Of a DNA stretch of 64,000 nucleotides, positions 9,302 to 16,558 are shown in pieces. Location of the stretch: the sequence record MK573636; one strand, written 5' to 3'. The DNA is from Escherichia phage vB_EcoM_PHB13. The translations under genes were made by a program, and so were the position numbers. The stretch's first letter is position 1. Each line of letters starts with the position of its first letter. Under the pieces are notes generated by a model. That model made no database searches, was not told where the DNA came from, and worked only from the letters and a program-made list of their open reading frames with translations.

Positions 9302-10673
9302 GGTGAAGATGGATAAAATTAGTCAAATTGTAAACACATTTACTTACCGCAGCCTTGAAAGCATTGTACATAATGAAGCTAAGGAATATGCGATCTATTC
9401 TGCCGAGGAACGCGGGATTCCTCAATTAGTGGATGGGCTTAAACCAGTGCAACGCTTTGTTATGGAGTGCGCACTTCAAAAGAGTAAAGGCGACCGTAAG
9501 AAATTCCGTAAGATGGCAGATATTGGATCTGGTGTTGCTGAGTTGGGTTATCACCACGGGGAAACTAATGCCGTAGAAGCCGGATCACTCATGGCGAATA
9601 CATGGAGCAATAATACTCCACTGCTTGACGGTCAAGGTAACTTCGGATCGCGTTTAGTCCAGAAAGCAGGTGCGGCACGTTATATCTTTGCTCGTGTGCA
9701 TGAAAACTTCTTTAAAATCTATAAAGATATGAATTGCGCACCTAAGCACGAAGATCTGGAACACATCCCGCCAGCATTCTACTTGCCAGTTGTGCCAATG
9801 GTATTGGCTAATGGTATTAGTGGTATTGCTACAGGGTATAAAACTGACATTTTACCGCATTCACTGGAAAGCCTTATTGAATGCACAGAGCTAGCACTTG
9901 CCGGAAAACTGGATAAAGAACCTAGTGTTCAATTCCCAAAATTCACGGGTAAAGTTATCCCGCGAGATGATCGCGATGGTGTGATTCTTGAGGGTACATA
10001 TGAACTAAACGGCAAGACTAAACTGACAATATCAGAAGTTCCTTATAAGTTCGACCGTGAAGAATATGTGGCGGTACTGGATGCGCTGGAAGAAAAAGAT
10101 CTGATTGTATCGTATAATGACCGTTGCTCTAAGGACGGATTCAGATTTGAAGTAACACTGAAACGCGATTATTTCAAAAGCGAAGATGAATCCGCTCGAC
10201 ATGAGCAAATCATGAAGGATTTTAAACTAACGCAGTTAGTAGCCCAGAATATCGTGGTAGTTAATGAACGTGGCTTAGTTGAAGTATTCGAGAAAGCGAG
10301 CGATCTGATCCGTCGATTCGTCGAAATCCGATTAGGGTATGTCGATAAACGCATTGAATTGATGCAAGCGGAAACGCTGGAAGCATACAATTATGCAATG
10401 GCTAAAGCCAAATTTATCGACCTTGTAATTAAGGGCGAAATCGAGCTACAGGGAAAGAAAAAGGCCGAGGTAATGCAATCCATCAATGGACATGAAAAAC
10501 TGCGTCCATACGCCGATAAGCTAGTTTCTATGCCATTGTATAGCGTTACTCAAGAAGAGTATGATCGACTGGTCAAAGATGCCGAGAAACATCATAGTGA
10601 ATATGAGTATTGGACAAAGACGACCGCAATGAAGGAATATAAGAAAGATCTTAAAGAACTTAAGAAGGGTTGA
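9294..10673 (+). CDS. 52: DNA topoisomerase II medium subunit (GyrA-like)
   Basis: GLKPVQRF...DIGSGVAELGYHHGE...LLDGQGNFGSR...RYIFARV matches T4 gp52; alternative start ATG 9309. Confidence 0.9.
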   Translation: MYEVKMDKISQIVNTFTYRSLESIVHNEAKEYAIYSAEERGIPQLVDGLKPVQRFVMECALQKSKGDRKKFRKMADIGSGVAELGYHHGETNAVEAGSLMANTWSNNTPLLDGQGNFGSRLVQKAGAARYIFARVHENFFKIYKDMNCAPKHEDLEHIPPAFYLPVVPMVLANGISGIATGYKTDILPHSLESLIECTELALAGKLDKEPSVQFPKFTGKVIPRDDRDGVILEGTYELNGKTKLTISEVPYKFDREEYVAVLDALEEKDLIVSYNDRCSKDGFRFEVTLKRDYFKSEDESARHEQIMKDFKLTQLVAQNIVVVNERGLVEVFEKASDLIRRFVEIRLGYVDKRIELMQAETLEAYNYAMAKAKFIDLVIKGEIELQGKKKAEVMQSINGHEKLRPYADKLVSMPLYSVTQEEYDRLVKDAEKHHSEYEYWTKTTAMKEYKKDLKELKKG

Positions 10674-10873
10674 TTATGAAAGAATATCCAGAAGGCGGTT
10701 ATATTGCATTTCTGTACAACAATAAAAAGATTGTGCCAATTGTCGTTGAAACACTGGAAGAATCCAACCGGATCACCAGTGAATCTCTGAGCAAATTAGC
10801 AGAGATGACAAACACGCCAGAACACAGAGCAAAGATCGACAGCTTGATGAAAGAATTATCAGAGAGGAAATAA
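10670..10873 (+). CDS. hypothetical protein (67 aa)
   Basis: ORF overlapping the gene 52 stop (ATGA). Confidence 0.5.
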   Translation: MIMKEYPEGGYIAFLYNNKKIVPIVVETLEESNRITSESLSKLAEMTNTPEHRAKIDSLMKELSERK

Positions 10874-10876
10874 ATT

Positions 10877-11272
10877 ATGACTGAACGACGCATCACTTCA
10901 AATGGTTTGGGTACTCATCATGCATGGATGGTTGACCCAGACAAAAATCCTTATAAACTTTACGATACAACGATTAAACCGTGGAATAATGGCGTATGGA
11001 AAACACCACACACAACAGCACCTATTATGACTGATCCGAAACCGATTAGCCCGATGGCGGAACCAGTACAGATTAAGCCGTTACCTTACCAGATAACAAC
11101 GAATAGCATCGCCAACAAACAAGAAAATGATATTGATATGATCTACGAGATGATTAAACTTTGGCGTGATGTTTATCTGGGTGTTCTCTGCAACACAGAT
11201 AAAAGTGCACATGCGGCAGCGGTACTGGCATCTCATGCAGTAGACGAAGCCAAAAAGAAATTTAGTAAGTAA
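10877..11272 (+). CDS. hypothetical protein (131 aa)
   Basis: ORF with GAGAGG RBS upstream. Confidence 0.5.
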   Translation: MTERRITSNGLGTHHAWMVDPDKNPYKLYDTTIKPWNNGVWKTPHTTAPIMTDPKPISPMAEPVQIKPLPYQITTNSIANKQENDIDMIYEMIKLWRDVYLGVLCNTDKSAHAAAVLASHAVDEAKKKFSK

Positions 11273-11283
11273 CTGATTATTAA

Positions 11284-11310
11284 GCCGATCCTTGTGGTCG
11301 GCTTTTTTAT
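11284..11310 (+). terminator. rho-independent terminator
   Basis: Hairpin GCCGA...TCGGC followed by TTTTTT. Confidence 0.65.
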
Positions 11311-11322
11311 TTTAAAAAGTTG

Positions 11323-11351
11323 TTGACTTACAGAATCCAACATTGCATAAT
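11323..11351 (+). promoter_or_regulatory. sigma70-type early promoter
   Basis: TTGACT 11323-11328, 17-nt spacer, CATAAT 11346-11351, then conserved leader ending AGGAGAATCAAAG-ATG. Confidence 0.55.
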
Positions 11352-11382
11352 ACACCCATACCAAACAAAAGGAGAATCAAAG

Positions 11383-11655
11383 ATGTGCAACGAAAACAGC
11401 AAAGTGTTGGCAATTGCAGATAAAGTAGGTTACTGGAAATGCTGGGATGATATGGAGAAATTAGGCGGTCGCTATCTCGATAACTTAGAGTTGCATTATT
11501 GCCAAGCGCGTAATGCAGAAGTTGCGGGAGTAGCAATCGAAGATATTCCGTCTAAAGTCTTCGGATTCTCTAAAGATGATACTCTAGAGTATGTTTTTAA
11601 GGCTGTAATGGATCAAGCATGGGAAGACGCAGAGACACGCGCTCTTGATTGGTGA
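11383..11655 (+). CDS. hypothetical protein (90 aa)
   Basis: ATG 11383 follows AAGGAGAA; the ORF track extends 5' across the promoter, which is unlikely to be real. Confidence 0.55.
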   Translation: MCNENSKVLAIADKVGYWKCWDDMEKLGGRYLDNLELHYCQARNAEVAGVAIEDIPSKVFGFSKDDTLEYVFKAVMDQAWEDAETRALDW

Positions 11656-11659
11656 TAAT

Positions 11660-11878
11660 ATGAACTGGTATAAAATTTGGAAAAATCAGGTGGAGGCTTA
11701 TCTAGGGTATAAGCCCACCGACGAAGAATTACTCGATGCAATGTACGAAGACGGACTAAATCCGAAAGTAGCCGCGCGAGAATACGCGGAATGGATGAAG
11801 GTCGAAGATAACCTAGAGGCAACGAAAAATTTTCACGAAAATAATAAAAAAGCAGTTGACGCCAAAGGTCATCGATAG
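11660..11878 (+). CDS. hypothetical protein (72 aa)
   Basis: ORF from ATG 11660 (MNWYKIWK); ORF track starts at TTG 11645. Confidence 0.45.
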   Translation: MNWYKIWKNQVEAYLGYKPTDEELLDAMYEDGLNPKVAAREYAEWMKVEDNLEATKNFHENNKKAVDAKGHR

Positions 11879-11884
11879 TATTAT
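11856..11884 (+). promoter_or_regulatory. sigma70-type early promoter
   Basis: TTGACG 11856-11861, 17-nt spacer, TATTAT 11879-11884, then leader CCCATACCGAAACGAA. Confidence 0.5.
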
Positions 11885-11918
11885 ACTCCCATACCGAAAC
11901 GAACTGGAGGAAATAAAA

Positions 11919-12161
11919 ATGGTTAAAGTTAATGTTATCGAAGTTGCACTGTACGACGCTGGAATCTTCCTGAATGAAAAAGAAGCTGCCGTGCTCGATG
12001 AACTGAAAACTGTTTTTGTTCCTGTAGTAGAAGACGTTGAAGCAATTAAAATCGCTTCTCGTAAACTGTCTCGCGAAGCATTCGACATGATTGATCCGGT
12101 TTTCAAAGTTATGCACGAATGCGCGGTTATGATGACCGAAGAAGAAGCGAAAAATTTCTAA
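11919..12161 (+). CDS. hypothetical protein (80 aa)
   Basis: ATG 11919 (MVKVNVIEV) after GGAGGAA RBS. Confidence 0.55.
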   Translation: MVKVNVIEVALYDAGIFLNEKEAAVLDELKTVFVPVVEDVEAIKIASRKLSREAFDMIDPVFKVMHECAVMMTEEEAKNF

Positions 12162-12168
12162 AAACCAG

Positions 12169-12203
12169 TTGACGTAAAGAAACGGGAGTAGTAAGATACT
12201 CCC
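12169..12203 (+). promoter_or_regulatory. early promoter with stem-loop (PeSL-like, GGGAGTA family)
   Basis: TTGACG 12169-12174, 17-nt spacer, TAAGAT 12192-12197 in the loop of GGGAGTA...TACTCCC (12184-12203). Confidence 0.6.
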
Positions 12204-12226
12204 ATACCAAACGAAAGGAGAATCAC

Positions 12227-12439
12227 ATGAAATCTATCGAGCAAGTAGTAACAGAGTTTATGAGCTACGAAGGAAACCGCATCTTTGGACGTTCTCAAGT
12301 TCGCGAGATCGTGGAAGAGGTCTCTGGAGAGTTTGCGGAATCTGGTCACGTTATCACGCAAGAACGTAAAGAAGAAGCAGTAAACCAGATCATGGCTATG
12401 CAGAAAATGCGTATTAATGCACGAGCGGGTAAAAATTAA
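12227..12439 (+). CDS. hypothetical protein (70 aa)
   Basis: ORF after AAGGAGAATCAC-ATG. Confidence 0.55.
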   Translation: MKSIEQVVTEFMSYEGNRIFGRSQVREIVEEVSGEFAESGHVITQERKEEAVNQIMAMQKMRINARAGKN

Positions 12440-12446
12440 AAAGTAG

Positions 12447-12481
12447 TTGACACCGGATTAAGGGAGTAGTAAGATACTCCC
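12447..12481 (+). promoter_or_regulatory. early promoter with stem-loop (PeSL-like, GGGAGTA family)
   Basis: TTGACA 12447-12452, 17-nt spacer, TAAGAT 12470-12475; stem GGGAGTAGTAAGATACTCCC identical to the 12184 copy. Confidence 0.6.
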
Positions 12482-12508
12482 ATCAAGAAAAACATTGAGG
12501 AATATATT

Positions 12509-13309
12509 ATGAAAAACATTATCGCTGCGATCGTTCTTTCTACTACGGCTTTCGGTGCTAATGCTGCGTCCTTTGATTGCGCTAAAGCTACTACCAAACC
12601 AGAGAAGTTTATTTGTGCTAATGAGTCAATCTCCGCACTGGATTCTAAACTTAATGAAGTATATGTTAAGGCTGTTAAGATTGATCCATCTCTTAAACAA
12701 GAGCAACGCAACTGGAATAAAACTGTTCGTGATACAATGATCAACATCGGGCAAATACAGCCACTGGAGGCTGTATATAACGCTCAAATCCAAAACTTGA
12801 TGAACGTATTACCTAAAGAAGAAACAGCGTCAGAAAGCGATTCAGAGACTTCTGCGAAGGTTGAAGAAGAACAACCGAAACAAGAAGAAAAAGTGGTAGA
12901 GCAACCGAAGAAAGAAGAGAAAATCTATGGATCTATCACTTACCAGTGCATTGCAAAATTTACATGGAAAATCATTGATGGTATTGAGACAGACAGCCGC
13001 AAAGATCCATTGTATGGAAACTCTACTTATGGCAACAAGGGCGGAAAGCTGAAAATGACCATGACCGAAGGTGAATTGTCTTCTTTCGTATATGTTGATG
13101 AGCGCGAAGTGTTTAAATCAAATCTGACACGCAGCAAACAATATAAAAATATGGTTGTTGGTATGAGCAAACCGGATGTAGCAGGATACTTCAACGAGTA
13201 CAAAATGTGGGTAGGGGAAAACGATGAAATCCGCTTTGAAGTCATCGAGAAAGGTCGCATTAGCTATGATTATGGTACTCAATATGTTTGCGAATATAAG
13301 AAGGGTTAA
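12509..13309 (+). CDS. secreted protein with DUF1311 (LprI-like) N-terminal domain
   Basis: Signal peptide MKNIIAAIVLSTTAFGANA; then C..A...E.FIC...S...LD..LN..Y......QRNW...VRD pattern typical of DUF1311. Confidence 0.5.
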   Translation: MKNIIAAIVLSTTAFGANAASFDCAKATTKPEKFICANESISALDSKLNEVYVKAVKIDPSLKQEQRNWNKTVRDTMINIGQIQPLEAVYNAQIQNLMNVLPKEETASESDSETSAKVEEEQPKQEEKVVEQPKKEEKIYGSITYQCIAKFTWKIIDGIETDSRKDPLYGNSTYGNKGGKLKMTMTEGELSSFVYVDEREVFKSNLTRSKQYKNMVVGMSKPDVAGYFNEYKMWVGENDEIRFEVIEKGRISYDYGTQYVCEYKKG

Positions 13310-13591
13310 ATGATGAAATTTAACAACATGAAGTTTAAAAAAGATTGGTGGGATGCTATGAGAGCTAACGACCGGATCGGAATTGGAAAGGCAGAAAAGA
13401 CAGTTGTTATTGTCAAGTATAAAGCGACGCAAGATCTTTTGATTAAGGAACTCATTCGAGCGGGTAACTATCAAACACCGGAAGGTCTTATTGACATGAT
13501 GGTTGATAACATGTATAGTGACGAACCACCAAACATTAAACAATATTACAAGCAGTATTACCGAAAGTGGCAGAATTACAACCGAAAATAA
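13310..13591 (+). CDS. hypothetical protein (93 aa)
   Basis: ORF with TAAATG stop-start overlap with the previous gene. Confidence 0.5.
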   Translation: MMKFNNMKFKKDWWDAMRANDRIGIGKAEKTVVIVKYKATQDLLIKELIRAGNYQTPEGLIDMMVDNMYSDEPPNIKQYYKQYYRKWQNYNRK

Positions 13592-13614
13592 GTTGTTGAC
13601 GTGAGGATTATATT

Positions 13615-13806
13615 ATGGTAATTTTTAATCGCGATGGTATCATAGTTCGGCAACACCCATTCCTTGAATACTATCAGGTTGAACAATGGGGATATGGGGA
13701 TTGTTCTCGATCATACGGTCAAAGCTGGGGATACCGTACAGTTTTTGAATCAACCGATATTGACAAAGTACGACAGAAAGTTTTAGAACTTCTTAACGAT
13801 AAGTGA
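13615..13806 (+). CDS. hypothetical protein (63 aa)
   Basis: ORF after GTGAGGATTATATT-ATG RBS motif. Confidence 0.5.
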   Translation: MVIFNRDGIIVRQHPFLEYYQVEQWGYGDCSRSYGQSWGYRTVFESTDIDKVRQKVLELLNDK

Positions 13807-13816
13807 GGATTAAATC

Positions 13817-14185
13817 ATGGAAATTCAAAACAATTACGAAAAATGTGTTATTATCAATGATTTGCAACGTCAATTGCATCATTACGAAACCGATTATAAA
13901 ACAGCAACCAAAACCGGAAAGTTGAAAGTGTGGGAAGTCTGGTATAACCGAAACTATCTGGGAAGCATCCACAAACTTGATCGCAGTGATGTTTATACAA
14001 TGCATGTGGGCGCGTGTGGCGAATCGGATGTAGCATCTAATTTCATGGAAGCACTTGCATTCTATGTAGAATATCTGGTAGACTATATCGAGTTGGAAGA
14101 GGAAGTGGTAGAATTGCTTCCTCCACCGGAAGAAGCGCCGGAAGCAACGATCCTGAAAGCATTAAAGAAAATCTTTGTTAAGTGA
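13817..14185 (+). CDS. hypothetical protein (122 aa)
   Basis: ORF after GTGAGGATTAAATC-ATG. Confidence 0.5.
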   Translation: MEIQNNYEKCVIINDLQRQLHHYETDYKTATKTGKLKVWEVWYNRNYLGSIHKLDRSDVYTMHVGACGESDVASNFMEALAFYVEYLVDYIELEEEVVELLPPPEEAPEATILKALKKIFVK

Positions 14186-14193
14186 GGTGAACT

Positions 14194-14526
14194 ATGAAAA
14201 ATGTACTGATTGTGTGGGAACTGATTCCAGAAACTACTGAATTATACATGGTACAGGTTGATAATAAAGAATTTGAAATTCTGAAACGCGTCAACTGCAA
14301 ATATATTAACATTGATGACATGACCCCAGAAATGGACTATGTAAACTATGCTCTCATGCAGCCTAGTTGGATTATGGATGAAACTAAAGCCGACGCCGAA
14401 TCGCTGGGTGTACCGGAAGAAGTATTAGCGAAATGGCATCAATTCAAAGTTGAAATAAAAGAGGGCGAACCGTTTATTCCTAGTGGTATGATCGATGCGG
14501 TGATCGTAACAGGTTTTCATCTGTAA
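14194..14526 (+). CDS. hypothetical protein (110 aa)
   Basis: ORF after GAGGTG RBS. Confidence 0.5.
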   Translation: MKNVLIVWELIPETTELYMVQVDNKEFEILKRVNCKYINIDDMTPEMDYVNYALMQPSWIMDETKADAESLGVPEEVLAKWHQFKVEIKEGEPFIPSGMIDAVIVTGFHL

Positions 14527-14538
14527 GGAGATTATACA

Positions 14539-14871
14539 ATGTTTAACTATGACAAATATGAATCATGGAAAGCGACCGAACTGAAAGAGGCAGCGCGGTT
14601 AATCACACCGCGTCTTTATCCGGTGTTGTTTAGCGCCGATAAAGTAACAAGGGAAGTAAACGAGGCGCTATCGGTTTTAGGCTATCTGATCGATAAAGTA
14701 GAGAAGACATCGGTATTCACAAATAGCGTAGAATATACCAGATATCGAGTGTTTTTAGATTCCTTGCTCGTTGTCATTAAAGCACTAAATGATCATAACT
14801 ACACCATGAACATGACGAAAATAATCGACGAAGCAAGAATTATGACAGAGAATATTTTCGGTAAATTTTGA
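14539..14871 (+). CDS. hypothetical protein (110 aa), paralogue of 14986-15309
   Basis: C-terminus ...IIDEARIMTENIFGKF resembles ...IVKDARKLAENVYGKF of the next gene. Confidence 0.5.
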   Translation: MFNYDKYESWKATELKEAARLITPRLYPVLFSADKVTREVNEALSVLGYLIDKVEKTSVFTNSVEYTRYRVFLDSLLVVIKALNDHNYTMNMTKIIDEARIMTENIFGKF

Positions 14872-14985
14872 TTATGAAAGATGATGAATCATTGAAAATT
14901 GCACTGGTTATGCTATTACAAGGTATAGAATTAGCAAACCACGAAAAAATGTTGAAACAACAGCGTGAAATTATGAGAGGTGATT

Positions 14986-15309
14986 ATGATCGAGTTTGAA
15001 ATTGACAACTTTCACGAAAAAGCAGAAGACCTAACCAAAATTTTGATTAGTCGAGGTGCATATAATACGAAAGATATTATAAAAGAAGTTAATGTAGCGA
15101 TGGACGCGATCCGAAAGGAATTTAAACATATTTCAGAGATTGGAGAAAATGGTCATCTTGAAGATGTTGAGCTGGTAGCACTGCGACGCTATTACTTCTT
15201 TGTTGATTGCATCATTGATCTATCTAAAAATTATAGTCATTACATGAAAGATATTGTAAAAGATGCACGTAAGCTGGCAGAGAATGTTTACGGGAAGTTT
15301 CCAGAATGA
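14986..15309 (+). CDS. hypothetical protein (107 aa), paralogue of 14539-14871
   Basis: ATG 14986 after GAGAGG; shared C-terminal motif D.AR...EN..GKF. Confidence 0.5.
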   Translation: MIEFEIDNFHEKAEDLTKILISRGAYNTKDIIKEVNVAMDAIRKEFKHISEIGENGHLEDVELVALRRYYFFVDCIIDLSKNYSHYMKDIVKDARKLAENVYGKFPE

Positions 15310-15554
15310 AATTAGAACAAGCGATTGTATACTTTGAGATGGGCTATGATATTGCTCGTGTAGAGTGGGAAGATGGTGATTTTGTCCGATTGATTAATCT
15401 TCCAGAAACAGCTATTGCACTGGTCAAAGTAGAAAACGGTATACAACGAAATTACGCGTTCTCTGACGAAGACAAACAAGCCGATGACTGGTACGCTACA
15501 TGTTTTCATCATACAGCGTCAAAATGTGATTCAGGGGCTTCTATGCGCCAATAA
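15306..15554 (+). CDS. hypothetical protein (82 aa)
   Basis: ORF overlapping the previous stop (ATGA). Confidence 0.5.
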   Translation: MKLEQAIVYFEMGYDIARVEWEDGDFVRLINLPETAIALVKVENGIQRNYAFSDEDKQADDWYATCFHHTASKCDSGASMRQ

Positions 15555-15557
15555 AAA

Positions 15558-15590
15558 GAAGGGGAGGCCGAAAGGCTTCCCCTTTAAGTT
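15558..15590. terminator. convergent-gene terminator hairpin
   Basis: Stem GAAGGGGAGGCC / GGCTTCCCCTT with GAAA loop between convergent genes; T-run on the - strand side (after holin). Confidence 0.5.
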
Positions 15591-16245
15591 ATCTAATCCT
15601 TCCGAGGATTCTGGCAGATTGATTGCAAAGAGTATCTAAATTCTCAATGTCAATATCCGGTTTATTCTTCCATGAAATGGCGATACTACCAGAATAGACA
15701 TTATCGAGATTGAATATAGGACAAGAATACATGAAACCTATATCGATATTCTCTAATTTCTTTTCTCTTGATGGAATATACTGGAAATCTTTATCGGTAA
15801 AATATGATTTACCTAAAAGATGCCTACGATATTCTTCACTCGTTTTATTGATAGGGAATCCGCCTAAATTTTTTTCATCGATTGTGTGTGGTAGCTTTCC
15901 TTCATATGCCACCAAATCAACAAAATAGTTTAGGTTTTTCGGACGAAAACTAAAAACAGCAGAAAAATCGGCATCAGCCGACACATGAACTATCTGTAAC
16001 TGCTCCTGTGCTGCATTATCAAAATTGCGGTCTTTCTCTACCTGGAGAATGTGAGCATAAGTCTCATAACGAGTCTCTTTATAAAGCGCAAATAACTCGT
16101 TTTTACTATAAACGACAAATGCCAATATGGACAACACGACGGCAGCAAAAACACGAAGTACGAGCAACTCCGTGCTTTTAGTTGTGAAAATAGCGCGCAG
16201 GACATTTGAGATAGCAAAGTCTTTCCCTTTTTCAGAAACTTGCAT
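15589..16245 (-). CDS. t: holin T (218 aa)
   Basis: Matches T4 holin T: ...YKETRYETYAHILQVEK...EQLQIVHVSADADFSAVFSFRPKNLNYFVD...AYEGKLP...MYSCPIFNLDNVYSG...ARILGR; same length. Confidence 0.9.
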   Translation of the reverse strand: MQVSEKGKDFAISNVLRAIFTTKSTELLVLRVFAAVVLSILAFVVYSKNELFALYKETRYETYAHILQVEKDRNFDNAAQEQLQIVHVSADADFSAVFSFRPKNLNYFVDLVAYEGKLPHTIDEKNLGGFPINKTSEEYRRHLLGKSYFTDKDFQYIPSREKKLENIDIGFMYSCPIFNLDNVYSGSIAISWKNKPDIDIENLDTLCNQSARILGRIR

Positions 16246-16278
16246 ATAATGCCCTAAGATAACTATGACAGTGTACTC

Positions 16279-16518
16279 TTATTTAGGTAGTTGACTATCA
16301 CTAGGTTTATCTTGCTCGTTACTATCTTCTGACTGATCTTTATTAAACTCCTTATAAAGTTCTTCCACAAAACGATCATCAATTGGCGTATTGGTATAAG
16401 CCGCAAGACGACGAGCGCAATAGAAGAAAATTTTAGTGAGCATCTTTTCACTAATTAACTTTGACAATAATTTCATTCCGAAATTAGACAAAGCACCAAT
16501 GACGATATTATAGACCAT
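16279..16518 (-). CDS. hypothetical protein (79 aa)
   Basis: - strand ORF with strong RBS (TAAGGAGAAACGGCT-ATG) between gene 37 and holin; no gp38 resemblance. Confidence 0.5.
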   Translation of the reverse strand: MVYNIVIGALSNFGMKLLSKLISEKMLTKIFFYCARRLAAYTNTPIDDRFVEELYKEFNKDQSEDSNEQDKPSDSQLPK

Positions 16519-16558
16519 AGCCGTTTCTCCTTAGTAGTTCCCTTCCCTGGGATTTTCC

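Noticed and set aside
13595-13600. TTGACG resembling a -35 element just before the 13615 ORF.
   Set aside because: Only 14 nt from the start codon with no -10; it is part of the recurring GTGAGGATTATATT-ATG ribosome-binding context.
1356-15512. - strand ORFs overlapping + strand early genes (e.g. 1356-1685, 2105-2440, 3009-3601, 5259-5537, 11613-12116, 13118-13543).
   Set aside because: Antisense to coding genes with homology or good RBS context; no independent start signals.
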